IMG/VR virus record: IMGVR_UViG_3300014969_000018
Span: 6,658 to 70,657 of that record
From: a virus
Taxonomy: Duplodnaviria > Caudoviricetes
Direction: 5' to 3' (one strand)
DNA length: 64,000 nt
The notes below the pieces were generated by a model. It did no database searches and was not told where the DNA came from. It saw only the letters and a program-made list of their open reading frames with translations. Both the position numbers and the translations under genes were made by a program. Of the stretch, positions 35,281 through 44,431 are shown piece by piece (position 1 is the first letter of the stretch; each line of letters opens with the position of its first letter).

Positions 35281-35729
35281 TGCTCCACACCCCCATCTAC
35301 GACGTGCGAGGGGGCCGCGCCTACTGCGGCCCCACCGCCATCGCCGCTGTGACCGGGGCGCCCATCTCGATTATACGGGATGTGATCCGGGCGCAGATCG
35401 GAACCAAGGCCAACGGCCACGCCATGCCGGTGATCGGCATCAGTCCCACCACGCTGGTGAAGACGATGCAGGTGTTGGGCTGGGAGGTGGTTGCCACGAC
35501 CGACTGCCAGACTAGCAGTCGGGTCTACCGCTTGGATGACTTCCTTGAGCTTGTCCAGATGGGCACGGTCAAGGGGCCGCACATCGTCTGGGTCACCGGC
35601 CACTTCTATGCCGTGGACGACGACGAGATATGCGACACCTACAGCAAGATCCCGCTGGAGATCCACCGCTTCAAGCGCGGTCGGATGCGGTGGGTGAAAC
35701 GCTGGTGGAAGTTCGAGAAGCCTGAGTAG
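35280..35729 (+). CDS. Papain-fold (C39-like) cysteine peptidase-like protein
   Basis: YCGPTAIAAV ... VTGHFYAVDD: Cys/His/Asp order typical of C39-like enzymes. Confidence 0.5.
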   Translation: MLHTPIYDVRGGRAYCGPTAIAAVTGAPISIIRDVIRAQIGTKANGHAMPVIGISPTTLVKTMQVLGWEVVATTDCQTSSRVYRLDDFLELVQMGTVKGPHIVWVTGHFYAVDDDEICDTYSKIPLEIHRFKRGRMRWVKRWWKFEKPE

Positions 35730-35734
35730 AGCAA

Positions 35735-35764
35735 AGCCCCGGAGGGTTCGGGCCTTCCGGGGCT
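35735..35764. terminator. Hairpin terminator between convergent operons
   Basis: AGCCCCGGAGGG-TTCGGG-CCTTCCGGGGCT. Confidence 0.65.
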
Positions 35765-35803
35765 CCTCTACGTCTGCCCTGCAGGGCTCTAGGGGGCAGG
35801 GCA

Positions 35804-36103
35804 TCAAGCTTGGACAGACGAAGCTCGCTGGGCTTTCTTATTAGTCGTCCTCCTGACAGAACGGTTCAAGGCCATCACGCATTCCCAACAAGGACATCCG
35901 CTGCGATGCACACCTGTCAGGGTGGCAATCTCTGCCTGCGTGAACTCGTAACGCCGCAGCAGGTTCCTTGTCTCCAGCCACAGCGGCCCCCGCGACAGGC
36001 TCCGCACCACCCGGCGATCAGCCGCCTCCGGGCCGTACACGTATAGTCGCAACGCCAGAAGCTCGTAGCTAGCCAGCGTCGTCTTCGGTACGTCGTCTGC
36101 CAT
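35804..36103 (-). CDS. Hypothetical (possible HTH) protein
   Basis: FTQAEIATLTGVHRS; overlaps the end of the helicase gene. Confidence 0.5.
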   Translation of the reverse strand: MADDVPKTTLASYELLALRLYVYGPEAADRRVVRSLSRGPLWLETRNLLRRYEFTQAEIATLTGVHRSGCPCWECVMALNRSVRRTTNKKAQRASSVQA

Positions 36104-37589
36104 TGGGGTTTTTCTTGCTGCGCGCCCACTCGATTTGCAGGTGCTTGATCCACCCAGCCACCTCCGGGCCGCACGCCATGGGCGACACCCGCTGGATGCT
36201 CCACGGTGGCTCTGTCTTGAACTTCTCCTTGTACTTGAAGAAGGCCCAGCCCTCCCGGTAGCCCTTGATCAGGGCATAGCCCTTTAGCTGGGCGTAGAAC
36301 CGCTCCTTCTCCTGCATCGTATACGTGATCGGATTGCGGTCGCGTTTCTTGCGGAAGATCCCATCGAACTCCACCAGCACGCCATCACGCTCGATGATGG
36401 GCGATAGAGGTATCTTGCGCTCGAACCCGCACGCTGGGCAGACCTTCACGCCGACCGGGATCAGGCACGTACACTGCGGGCACGGCTTGGGCAGGCGCGG
36501 CTGACGGATGACCTTCGCGCCTAGGTCAAAGCGCCCGCCGTTCAGGTGCTCGTGGTGGATGTCAGAGGCGAAGCCGAGCCGCATCGTGGTGTCGGTGTGA
36601 TCCAGTATAATGGCCTTGTCCTTGCCGTCCGCCGTTCGCAAGGATCTGCCGATAATCTGGACGAACAGCATCTCGGACTTGGTCGGTCTGGCGAGGATCA
36701 GGCACCGCACGTCCCAATCTACGCCGGTCGTCAGGGTGCCAACGGCACAGACAACTTCGATCTCGCCCGCGTGGAACTGGCGCTTGATCTCCTTGCGCTC
36801 GCTCATGGGCGTCCGGGCGTCTTGGTACCCGCATGGTATCCCGGCCTCTAGGAACCGCGCCTGCAGCATCTGAGCGTGCGAGCAATCGACCGCAAAGCAG
36901 AACGTCTTCCCCCGTCCCCACTTCTCTTGGTACGTCTTGATGATGTTGGCGACGAGGACGTTGTCCTGCATCACGTTGGATAGCTGTCCTTCGTGATAGT
37001 CGCCCGCGACGGTCTTGACGCCGCTCAGGTCTGGATGGTCACTCGCGAATACCGTGAACGGGGACAAGTATCCTTGGGCTATCAATTCCTTCGTCGTGCT
37101 CATCACTAATAGCGTATCGAAGAATCTGCCCAGTCCTCTCGTCCAAGGTGTAGCGGAAAGGCCAATGAACGGGATCTTTGACCAGTCCTCGTGCTTTAGC
37201 CACTTGATGTGCTCCGCATGCAACTGGTGGACTTCATCGAAGATTACCACACTGGACTTGGGATAGGCCTCGCGCCTTCTGACGGTTTGGATGCTGGCGA
37301 TCTGGACCGGCTTCGACCAATCCGTAAGAGGATGGTCGGCTTGGATCACGCCGATATCCCGGATACCTTCTTCGGCGAACATCTCGACCGTCTGGTCGAT
37401 GAGGCTGATGGCGGGCACGACGAACACCAGCGGGTTGCCCTTCAGTTGGGCTCCCACGACGATCTCGGCGGCCAGCCGCGTCTTCCCGCTGCCGGTGGGC
37501 GCTTGGACGACGATGCGCCGCACGCCCTGACCCACGGTCGCCCTGATGTCGTTAAAGGCGTCTTCCTGATAGGGGCGAAGGATCTTCAC
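36069..37589 (-). CDS. Superfamily 2 (DEAD/DEAH-like) helicase with zinc finger
   Basis: LRPYQ, APTGSGKT, DEVH, SAT, GVD, QIIGRSLR; CPQC...CPACG. Confidence 0.92.
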   Translation of the reverse strand: MKILRPYQEDAFNDIRATVGQGVRRIVVQAPTGSGKTRLAAEIVVGAQLKGNPLVFVVPAISLIDQTVEMFAEEGIRDIGVIQADHPLTDWSKPVQIASIQTVRRREAYPKSSVVIFDEVHQLHAEHIKWLKHEDWSKIPFIGLSATPWTRGLGRFFDTLLVMSTTKELIAQGYLSPFTVFASDHPDLSGVKTVAGDYHEGQLSNVMQDNVLVANIIKTYQEKWGRGKTFCFAVDCSHAQMLQARFLEAGIPCGYQDARTPMSERKEIKRQFHAGEIEVVCAVGTLTTGVDWDVRCLILARPTKSEMLFVQIIGRSLRTADGKDKAIILDHTDTTMRLGFASDIHHEHLNGGRFDLGAKVIRQPRLPKPCPQCTCLIPVGVKVCPACGFERKIPLSPIIERDGVLVEFDGIFRKKRDRNPITYTMQEKERFYAQLKGYALIKGYREGWAFFKYKEKFKTEPPWSIQRVSPMACGPEVAGWIKHLQIEWARSKKNPNGRRRTEDDAG

Positions 37590-37736
37590 TGATCCATCTC
37601 CGGGTGCCGCTCACCTGTCAGGGGGCAGGGAGGATGCTTGCCCTCACACCACAGGAAGGCGCACTTGCAGCGGGGATAGTCACACAGAGCAGCGCCCGCC
37701 CCGGAGTCTGACCCAGAGGACGGGCGCGCTTTGGTT

Positions 37737-37964
37737 TCATACCTTCGATGCCGCGAGGATAGCATCATTCACCTCCCGCTTCCACTCTTCTCGTTCCAGA
37801 TCCTCGTAGAACTTCGCGAGGCAGCTTCCATGCACTGACACGCCGCCATCCGGCGCACCCTCGTAGGTCGCGCGCTGGAAGTACCCGTAGCTCTTGCCGC
37901 ACACCGCGCACTTGCCGACGTACTGTTTCTTCATGGTGACTTTACAATCTTGAGGCTTCGCCAC
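37737..37964 (-). CDS. Small zinc-binding hypothetical protein
   Basis: CAVCGK...HGSC. Confidence 0.45.
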   Translation of the reverse strand: MAKPQDCKVTMKKQYVGKCAVCGKSYGYFQRATYEGAPDGGVSVHGSCLAKFYEDLEREEWKREVNDAILAASKV

Positions 37965-38365
37965 TCAAACGCCGCACCCGGCTCAGTATCGAGGATGTCG
38001 CCACGGTCCTGACGACCGAAACGCTCAACCCATTCGCACTTTGTCTGGAAATCGAGATAAGCGATGGTCCCGCAGCTAAAGCCCAACACGAGGAACACCG
38101 GCACGCGCAGGATCTCATCGACCTTGCGTGCCTCCAGCACCTTCCGCTTGCTGATGCGGTAGTCTGGATACCCGCCAAAGGCAAAGTTGCGCCGCTTGTT
38201 CTCGGAGAAGGCAACAAGGAGCCCGTCGCGCAAGTAGGCACCATCGATGTGCGGATTGTCTCCTTGGATGGGCACGTACTTGGCCCTGTAGTACCGGGCA
38301 AAGATCTGACCAAGCCCGACTTCTGCCTCTGTGTTGGCTTCAGTCTCGTATAGTGGACGAGGCAT
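37931..38365 (-). CDS. PD-(D/E)XK nuclease-like protein
   Basis: HIDGAYL...FSENKRR; start trimmed to MPRPLYE. Confidence 0.55.
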   Translation of the reverse strand: MPRPLYETEANTEAEVGLGQIFARYYRAKYVPIQGDNPHIDGAYLRDGLLVAFSENKRRNFAFGGYPDYRISKRKVLEARKVDEILRVPVFLVLGFSCGTIAYLDFQTKCEWVERFGRQDRGDILDTEPGAAFEWRSLKIVKSP

Positions 38366-38948
38366 GATCTGGCTCCCACGACAGACGATGGATTGTAGTC
38401 GGTAGCCCAATGCTGGCACGATCCCAGACGAACCATGCGAACGCTATGCCGCTCTGGGCTCTCTTTCCCTGCCAGCCATCCCTGTGCATGAAGGGCAGCC
38501 GCTTGCGAAAGACGTGTATCCGGGCGAGGCCGCAGTTCTCCAAGATGTGCGACCGTCGCGCGCTCTCATAGAACGCCAGCCGCAGGAGCATGATCACGCG
38601 CGGGCAGTGATAGAGCGCATGCTCCACGAACTGCTCCGCGAGCTTGAACGGGGGATTAGTTACAATCGCCTCTACATCGAAGCGCCGCTGATGCTCCATC
38701 AGGAAATCAATCCTGCTCTCAGAGCCCTCACAGCCATAGGCGTTCAGGTCGGTAGACCAGACAGTGTGGCCACGGGCTCGCAGGATATTAGTGATACGAC
38801 CGCGACCGCAGGCTGGCTCCCAGATGTGATGGGGCAGCTTCTCCACCCGCAGCAGTGCCTCTATCGCCGCATCAGGCGTCTCGTAGAGGTCGTCCTTGCG
38901 ATCACTCAGCGAGTGCCGCTTGGACCCCGTCGCCGACGAGTCGAGCAT
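38340..38948 (-). CDS. DNA amino-methyltransferase (N6-A/N4-C type)
   Basis: DLYETP, WEPACGRG (SAM-binding), IVTNPPF (catalytic motif IV), FAWFVW. Confidence 0.82.
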   Translation of the reverse strand: MLDSSATGSKRHSLSDRKDDLYETPDAAIEALLRVEKLPHHIWEPACGRGRITNILRARGHTVWSTDLNAYGCEGSESRIDFLMEHQRRFDVEAIVTNPPFKLAEQFVEHALYHCPRVIMLLRLAFYESARRSHILENCGLARIHVFRKRLPFMHRDGWQGKRAQSGIAFAWFVWDRASIGLPTTIHRLSWEPDHASSTIRD

Positions 38949-39300
38949 CTGCTTCCCTCACTACGATCCAGACTAAACCGTTGCCTTCAAACTCCTTCTC
39001 AAGCTCCAACTTGCGCAGGTGCTTGTCGTCAGGAGTGAGCCCACGGCTCACCATCCAATCCAGTATAAGTTTAGCGCGCCCATCGAGGTCACCCCGCAGT
39101 TCCGGGAATACCATCTTGCAGGTATAGGGTCCGGTGATGGGCGTTGCTTTCCCGAGCCTCTGGAGCACGTAGTAGTCATCCGCCTGCTTGATCCAAGCAC
39201 GATACCTACCGGACTTCACGCGCCCAAAGCCCTTGCCCCCCTTGCGGTTGGCGAAGGCGTTGTTGGCAGATGGCGCGACGGGAAGAGAGAGCGTGAGCAT
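38902..39300 (-). CDS. rusA: RusA-like Holliday junction resolvase
   Basis: LPVAPSANNA...GDLDGRAKLILDWM...PDDK. Confidence 0.75.
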   Translation of the reverse strand: MLTLSLPVAPSANNAFANRKGGKGFGRVKSGRYRAWIKQADDYYVLQRLGKATPITGPYTCKMVFPELRGDLDGRAKLILDWMVSRGLTPDDKHLRKLELEKEFEGNGLVWIVVREADARLVGDGVQAALAE

Positions 39301-39364
39301 TTAGCACCTTGACTTCGGCTACGAACGTATTACAAACGGAACACACACGCAACAGGAGTCTGAC

Positions 39365-39721
39365 ATGAAGTCTACCCTATTCGGAGCCGCCGTTCTGGTG
39401 TTCGCCACCAGTGTGCAGGCCGAGCCGATACCCGACCCGCTGCGGACCCACCTCATTGCAGGCTGGATGAAGTACTGCACCGGAACCTTCGACACCCCCG
39501 GCAACAAGAAGTCTTGGACCCCCAAGGAAATCTCCGACTTCTGCGCTTGCGGCTCTGTCACTATGGCAGACCGTACCACACAGGAGATGTACGACGCACG
39601 CCAGAAAAACGGCGAGTACGCCAAAGAGTGGTGGACAATGCGCGAGGAGGTCAGGCTGTACTGTACGGACAAGTACGTGAAGCAGCCCGACGTGACGGAT
39701 ATCAAAGACAAGAAGTGGTGA
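39365..39721 (+). CDS. Exported protein with signal peptide and Cys pairs
   Basis: MKSTLFGAAVLVFATSVQA signal; four Cys; GGAGTCTGAC RBS. Confidence 0.7.
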   Translation: MKSTLFGAAVLVFATSVQAEPIPDPLRTHLIAGWMKYCTGTFDTPGNKKSWTPKEISDFCACGSVTMADRTTQEMYDARQKNGEYAKEWWTMREEVRLYCTDKYVKQPDVTDIKDKKW

Positions 39722-39882
39722 GATCTGCGAGGCAGGGGTTACCTCATCGGCAAGCGCGAGTGTCGGTGTACCAGAAAGGCGACCTGCGGCCCTGTCTTGT
39801 GGGGTGTTTTAGCCCCGGTTAGTCATACCGTTCAAGGTCGCTGTCTCGCGCGCTAATTCATAGACGTTGGCAGAGGTGCCCG

Positions 39883-40326
39883 ATGTCCAAACGCAAGCAC
39901 ATCTCGTGGAAGAAGAAGTATGCGTCAGCCCTGCTGGCGCTGGGGGACATCCCCTATGGGCATGCCCGCGAGATGACTGCGGACCAGATGATCTCGTTGT
40001 ATCACGTAGATCATGGCATCCTGCATGAGACCGAGAACGAGAACGTCGATCAGTGGTGGAACCTGACGCCGAGGCTGATCTCGGCGCATCGTCTCAAGAC
40101 GAAGGCCGATGCCAAGATCATCGCCAAATCCCGGCGCATCCGGGCTTCGCTTGAGAACTCTATGAAGCTCTCCCGCGAGAAGCTGGCGGCTGACTTTCTC
40201 ACGCCCGCCGAGCAATTCTCTCAGAAGTGGGCTGAATACGAGCGCAAGGCGAAGCCGAAGATACAGTCGCGTGGCTTCGACAAAACCCTACGTAAGAAGA
40301 TGAGCGGAAAGGTAGAGCGACGATGA
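39883..40326 (+). CDS. HNH-like/Nin-region protein
   Basis: HVDH...NL...H..KT pattern; IQSRGFDKTLRKKMSG.V tail. Confidence 0.55.
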   Translation: MSKRKHISWKKKYASALLALGDIPYGHAREMTADQMISLYHVDHGILHETENENVDQWWNLTPRLISAHRLKTKADAKIIAKSRRIRASLENSMKLSREKLAADFLTPAEQFSQKWAEYERKAKPKIQSRGFDKTLRKKMSGKVERR

Positions 40327-41237
40327 GTGACCCCCGATACTGGGCATGGTGGCAGGACAAGCTCGCTGGCAAGAACCCGCCCGCCTCTGAAGGCACACCC
40401 TATGCCGGGTTCTACCGTGCCGTTCGCAAGAGCACCTACGGTGGCACCAAGTGGGCGATCCCCATCGCCTACTGGCCCGGAGAAGAGGGCGTCATTCACT
40501 GTCGCGAGGGCCTCCGGGATGTGACCGGAGAGCGCGGTCGCGACATCTGGATCAATGTCTGCAACAACCCGGTACCCGAGGAGTGGTATCGCGAGGTCGC
40601 CGAGGGCGATCAGCCTGAGTGGCGCGATGGCATGGCCACAGTGGCCCCCATGGGCGACAACAAGCCACCGGACGAGACCGACTTCGACTACCTGAAGGGC
40701 AAGATCGAAGACAACGCTCGCACAGCCAAGCAGATTCTTGAAGATGGTCCTATCAAGGAGCAGACCGAGGCTGACCTGATCAGCAACCTCGCAGACGTAC
40801 TGAGCGAGTTCTGGAAGAAGGCTGACGAGGCCCGCAAGAAGGAACGAGCACCTCATGACGAGGCGCTCAAGGCCATCCAGATCAAGTGGTCGCCGCTGTT
40901 GCTGGCGGCAGAGGCCTACAAGACCCTGAAGTACAAGCTGCTAACGCCTTGGCAGATAGCCCAGACGCAGAAGGCCGAAGAAGAAGCCAAGGCGGCGGTG
41001 GCGGCGGGGGAACCAGTGCCTGACACCCCCCGCCGTCCCCGTGCTGGCACGCGCGGTCGGGCGATGACCCTGAAGAGTTTCAAGTCAGCCGAGATCACCG
41101 ATTATGACCAGTGCTTGGCCTTTTTTAAGGAGAACAGCGAAGTCCGCGCCACGATACAGGATCTGGCGAACAAAGCCGTGAGAGCAGGCGTGAGCGTGCC
41201 GGGTGCCAAGCTGGTCGAGGAGCAGAGGACCGTGTGA
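40323..41237 (+). CDS. Recombination-module hypothetical protein
   Basis: 304 aa; C-terminal coiled coil and VPGAKLVE, next to the ERF gene. Confidence 0.65.
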   Translation: MSDPRYWAWWQDKLAGKNPPASEGTPYAGFYRAVRKSTYGGTKWAIPIAYWPGEEGVIHCREGLRDVTGERGRDIWINVCNNPVPEEWYREVAEGDQPEWRDGMATVAPMGDNKPPDETDFDYLKGKIEDNARTAKQILEDGPIKEQTEADLISNLADVLSEFWKKADEARKKERAPHDEALKAIQIKWSPLLLAAEAYKTLKYKLLTPWQIAQTQKAEEEAKAAVAAGEPVPDTPRRPRAGTRGRAMTLKSFKSAEITDYDQCLAFFKENSEVRATIQDLANKAVRAGVSVPGAKLVEEQRTV

Positions 41238-41587
41238 TGGATACTGTGGATCCCGAGAGAAGGCAGAAGCTGCTTGAGGCAATCGTCAAGCGCGAAGCTG
41301 AGCTGCACGCAAAGAAGCTCTCCAACGATCAGCAGTACTGGGATCTGGTGAACTTCTCGCGCGATCACATCGGACGAGCGTCACACGATGCGCTGCTGCG
41401 CTTCAAGTGGGCTGAGTACGGATACAGCGAGGGCTGCGCTGCGGTGTCGTTCGTTCTTTGCACTCTGCTGGCTGTGGTTAATCGCGAGCTTAGCATCTCA
41501 CCGGAGCAGTTCGCTGAGATGGCGAAAGAGCGGCTGATCCATATCCGCGAACACTACGAAGACGACGAGGAGGACGAAGATGAATGA
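41234..41587 (+). CDS. Hypothetical protein
   Basis: Coupled 117-aa ORF with acidic tail. Confidence 0.6.
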   Translation: MMDTVDPERRQKLLEAIVKREAELHAKKLSNDQQYWDLVNFSRDHIGRASHDALLRFKWAEYGYSEGCAAVSFVLCTLLAVVNRELSISPEQFAEMAKERLIHIREHYEDDEEDEDE

Positions 41588-42809
41588 CCACACCAATCCA
41601 ACGCCCCGGCGGCCCATCATGCCAGCCGTGCCGGGACCAAACAATCCGGGCATTGCTGCCAAGGCTGTTGCCCTGCGTGAACAGAAGGCACGCGAGGTAT
41701 TTGCTGAACCGCCTGCACCGCTACCGCCTCGCGCGCCGCTGCCACCGGATGCACCTCTCTATCGAGTATCCGGCCCCGTGGGCAATCTCGCCAAGGGGAT
41801 CAGTGGCGTGATGACCGAGGTCGGTACCATCAGCAAGAGTGGCTACAACAAGTTCCACGGCTATGCGTATGCCACGCTGCAAGACCTGCTCTATGCGGTC
41901 ACTCCGCTGATGGGCAAGCACGGCGTGTGCATTATCCAGAATGAAGTGGAGCGCACGGCTGCCGAGACCCGGATCATGGTGACCTACGAGTTCAGCATCT
42001 TCCACACGTCAGGAGAGATGTGGCCCGAGCGCCCGCGCTTTACCGGCATGGCGATTGGACGCAACCAGAAAGGGGAGTGGGACGACAAGGCGATCAACAA
42101 ATGCCACAGCGCCGCGAGGAAGTACTTCCTGCTGAGCTTGTTCCAAGTGCCCAGCGGGGACTTCGATGACGCCGATGAGGGACCAGCGCAACCTGCCGCA
42201 ACAAAACAGCAACCCAGCCAGACTGAGCGCGCCAATACTCCGCAGCAACCCAGAATCAACGAGCGCCCTCGCACCGTACCGGGACCGGCCACGCCTGATA
42301 AGCAACCCAGAACAAATGAGCGTCCTGCTACGAAAATATGGAGCCCGCACAAGATCGGCTTCACCGAGGGCATGACTGCCGACAAGTGGGCGGGCGAGTA
42401 TCTCTTCGCCATCAAGACAGCCAAGAGCCAGCAAGAGATTACGGAATGGGACGGGCTGAACGATGCCACGCTGCAGCGGCTCAGCGATAAGTACCCCGAG
42501 GTCTACGAGCAGGTGAGGGCGGCGGCGGAGCAGCGCATGGAGCAGCTTGCACCACCTTTAGTGGTTGAGGTTGGCCCCGAGAACGCCATGCCCGACCCAG
42601 CCAAGGACGCGCAGGAGGCGATGAACTGGGTCGCACAGAGCCTCGTAGACGCGCCGAGCTACGAGACTGCTGAGTTGTTCTGGAACGGAATGGTCGCGCC
42701 ACGCGAGAAGGAGTTCGACCCGGCTGACTGGGAGCTACTCATGAACGAGTGGCGACGAGCCGAGATCCGATTGAACACTGACGTTGAGCCGGATGCGCCG
42801 GAAATCTAA
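41580..42809 (+). CDS. erf: ERF-family single-strand annealing protein
   Basis: KSGYNKFHGYAYATLQDL...DKAINKCHSAARKYFLLSLFQVPSGD.DDAD. Confidence 0.8.
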   Translation: MNDHTNPTPRRPIMPAVPGPNNPGIAAKAVALREQKAREVFAEPPAPLPPRAPLPPDAPLYRVSGPVGNLAKGISGVMTEVGTISKSGYNKFHGYAYATLQDLLYAVTPLMGKHGVCIIQNEVERTAAETRIMVTYEFSIFHTSGEMWPERPRFTGMAIGRNQKGEWDDKAINKCHSAARKYFLLSLFQVPSGDFDDADEGPAQPAATKQQPSQTERANTPQQPRINERPRTVPGPATPDKQPRTNERPATKIWSPHKIGFTEGMTADKWAGEYLFAIKTAKSQQEITEWDGLNDATLQRLSDKYPEVYEQVRAAAEQRMEQLAPPLVVEVGPENAMPDPAKDAQEAMNWVAQSLVDAPSYETAELFWNGMVAPREKEFDPADWELLMNEWRRAEIRLNTDVEPDAPEI

Positions 42810-43255
42810 TGCCCATCGAGACTACGCTGGTCAAGCGGCCCGCGCTCTATGTGGGAGAGATCGGGTTCTTCCCGACCAACCACATGGCGGCGGAAGACAT
42901 CGCGCCAGCCAAGATGAACGCCGAGGTGGTGTGCAGCTTCTACACGCCACGCAACCTAGAGAGCCTCAAGTTCCTCTGGGCGCTCGTCCACAAGGTCGCC
43001 GACAACAGCGACAGGTGGTTGGACAAGGACGAGGCGATGGAAGACCTCAAGATGCGCGCCCGGTTCGCGCGCTTCGTGGTGGGGCCTGACGGCAAGGTGG
43101 AGCTACGCCCTAAGAGCCTGAAGCGAATCAACGAAGAGGCGCTGCGGCTCCTGACGGAGAAGATGATGGATATTATCTGCGCAGAAATCCTGCCCGGTAT
43201 GAAGAAGAACGACCTGCGCAAGGAGATCGAGGTGATGCTTGGAACGCGGACCTGA
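42809..43255 (+). CDS. NinB/DUF1367-like recombination accessory protein
   Basis: PRNLESLKFLWALV...LKMRARF...PKSL; coupled to ERF. Confidence 0.55.
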   Translation: MPIETTLVKRPALYVGEIGFFPTNHMAAEDIAPAKMNAEVVCSFYTPRNLESLKFLWALVHKVADNSDRWLDKDEAMEDLKMRARFARFVVGPDGKVELRPKSLKRINEEALRLLTEKMMDIICAEILPGMKKNDLRKEIEVMLGTRT

Positions 43256-43416
43256 CTTTGGATGCGACTGGAAGTACTGGGGAACACCATGTCGCGTTGT
43301 CAACGTCATCATTGAGGACGGTCATGTGGTTGCGCTTCTTATCAATACCGGTGTCGGCCCTGATATCCGAGCAGAACTGAACGAACTTACCTACGAGGTG
43401 AGACGCGACAGTTGAA

Positions 43417-43626
43417 ATGACCGGCATCACATGGCGTCAGAGGCTGATACTGGAGGCTGCTTCAAGAGTGAACTACCTGCCGTTCCGAGCACACCGGCAG
43501 ATCAATATGCCCAACGGAGTCTGGGGCTCGCTGGTTGATCGCGGGTTCCTGCGTCACAGCCCTACGGGATGGGAGATCACCCCGGAGGGGCGAGAGAAGA
43601 TCGCTAACGGAAGGAACCGCAGATGA
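43417..43626 (+). CDS. Small winged-helix-like protein
   Basis: SLVDRGFL...WEITPEGRE. Confidence 0.55.
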   Translation: MTGITWRQRLILEAASRVNYLPFRAHRQINMPNGVWGSLVDRGFLRHSPTGWEITPEGREKIANGRNRR

Positions 43627-43976
43627 TCCCTGATCGAATCGAGTACCTGCTCATGCTGGCACGCGACGAGCGCACCGAGAACGATGACCTCATCGACAAG
43701 CAGAACGAGATCTTCGCAGCCCGTGCGATAAGATTGCTTCAACTGGAGGAGCTACACCGGGAGACCGGACGCATCCTGCAGGAGGAACTCAAGCGGTTCG
43801 CCCGCTGGATGCCCAAGGGTCACGCCCCTCCGGGCACAGCGGTGCGAGTGGAAGGCGACCCGCGCCAAGTAACTCCGTCGCGGGAGCAGTATGAGGCCAT
43901 GCCGAAGGTTGTCCAACAGGGGCCTATTAATCCTCTCCTGAACCCCCAGATGAATCTGGCAAGAAAGGAGAAATGA
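43623..43976 (+). CDS. Hypothetical protein
   Basis: Coupled ORF with N-terminal coiled coil. Confidence 0.55.
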   Translation: MIPDRIEYLLMLARDERTENDDLIDKQNEIFAARAIRLLQLEELHRETGRILQEELKRFARWMPKGHAPPGTAVRVEGDPRQVTPSREQYEAMPKVVQQGPINPLLNPQMNLARKEK

Positions 43977-43977
43977 C

Positions 43978-44271
43978 ATGGAGCTATTCACGACCGAGGC
44001 GCTAGCCAACTGGCTGCGCAACCAACCCTCTGATCAGGAATATGTCTGGTCGGACCCAGTGTTCTGCCTGATGGGGCGCTATCTCGCAGACAACGGCTCG
44101 TGCTGGGGTGAACAGGGCTATTCCGATATGCCCAACTACGAGGTGATCGCAGGCCAGAAGCCGTGGACGTATGGCGCGGCGCTGGGGCGGGCCGAGAAGG
44201 TGCTGGCGCTCCCGCCTCCGCCGCTGCAGATCGAGGCTTCGCGTGAGCTTGAGACCGTAGACGCGGGGTGA
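43978..44271 (+). CDS. Hypothetical protein
   Basis: GGAG RBS; 97 aa. Confidence 0.6.
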   Translation: MELFTTEALANWLRNQPSDQEYVWSDPVFCLMGRYLADNGSCWGEQGYSDMPNYEVIAGQKPWTYGAALGRAEKVLALPPPPLQIEASRELETVDAG

Positions 44272-44294
44272 CTGACGATAAGCCCTGCGTGTAT

Positions 44295-44338
44295 GGCCAC
44301 CGTGTCGGGGCTGGCACCTCTCCCTGACACGGTGGTCT
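44295..44338 (+). terminator. Long hairpin after the recombination operon
   Basis: GGCCACCGTGTCGGGGG...TCCCTGACACGGTGGTC. Confidence 0.55.
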
Positions 44339-44431
44339 CATTAACCTAGGTTAATTAATTATTCCGCTTGTATTACAAACGAACCACGTCTAGCCTTGCC
44401 TCGCGGCAAATTCACCCCCGAGGATCTCCAG

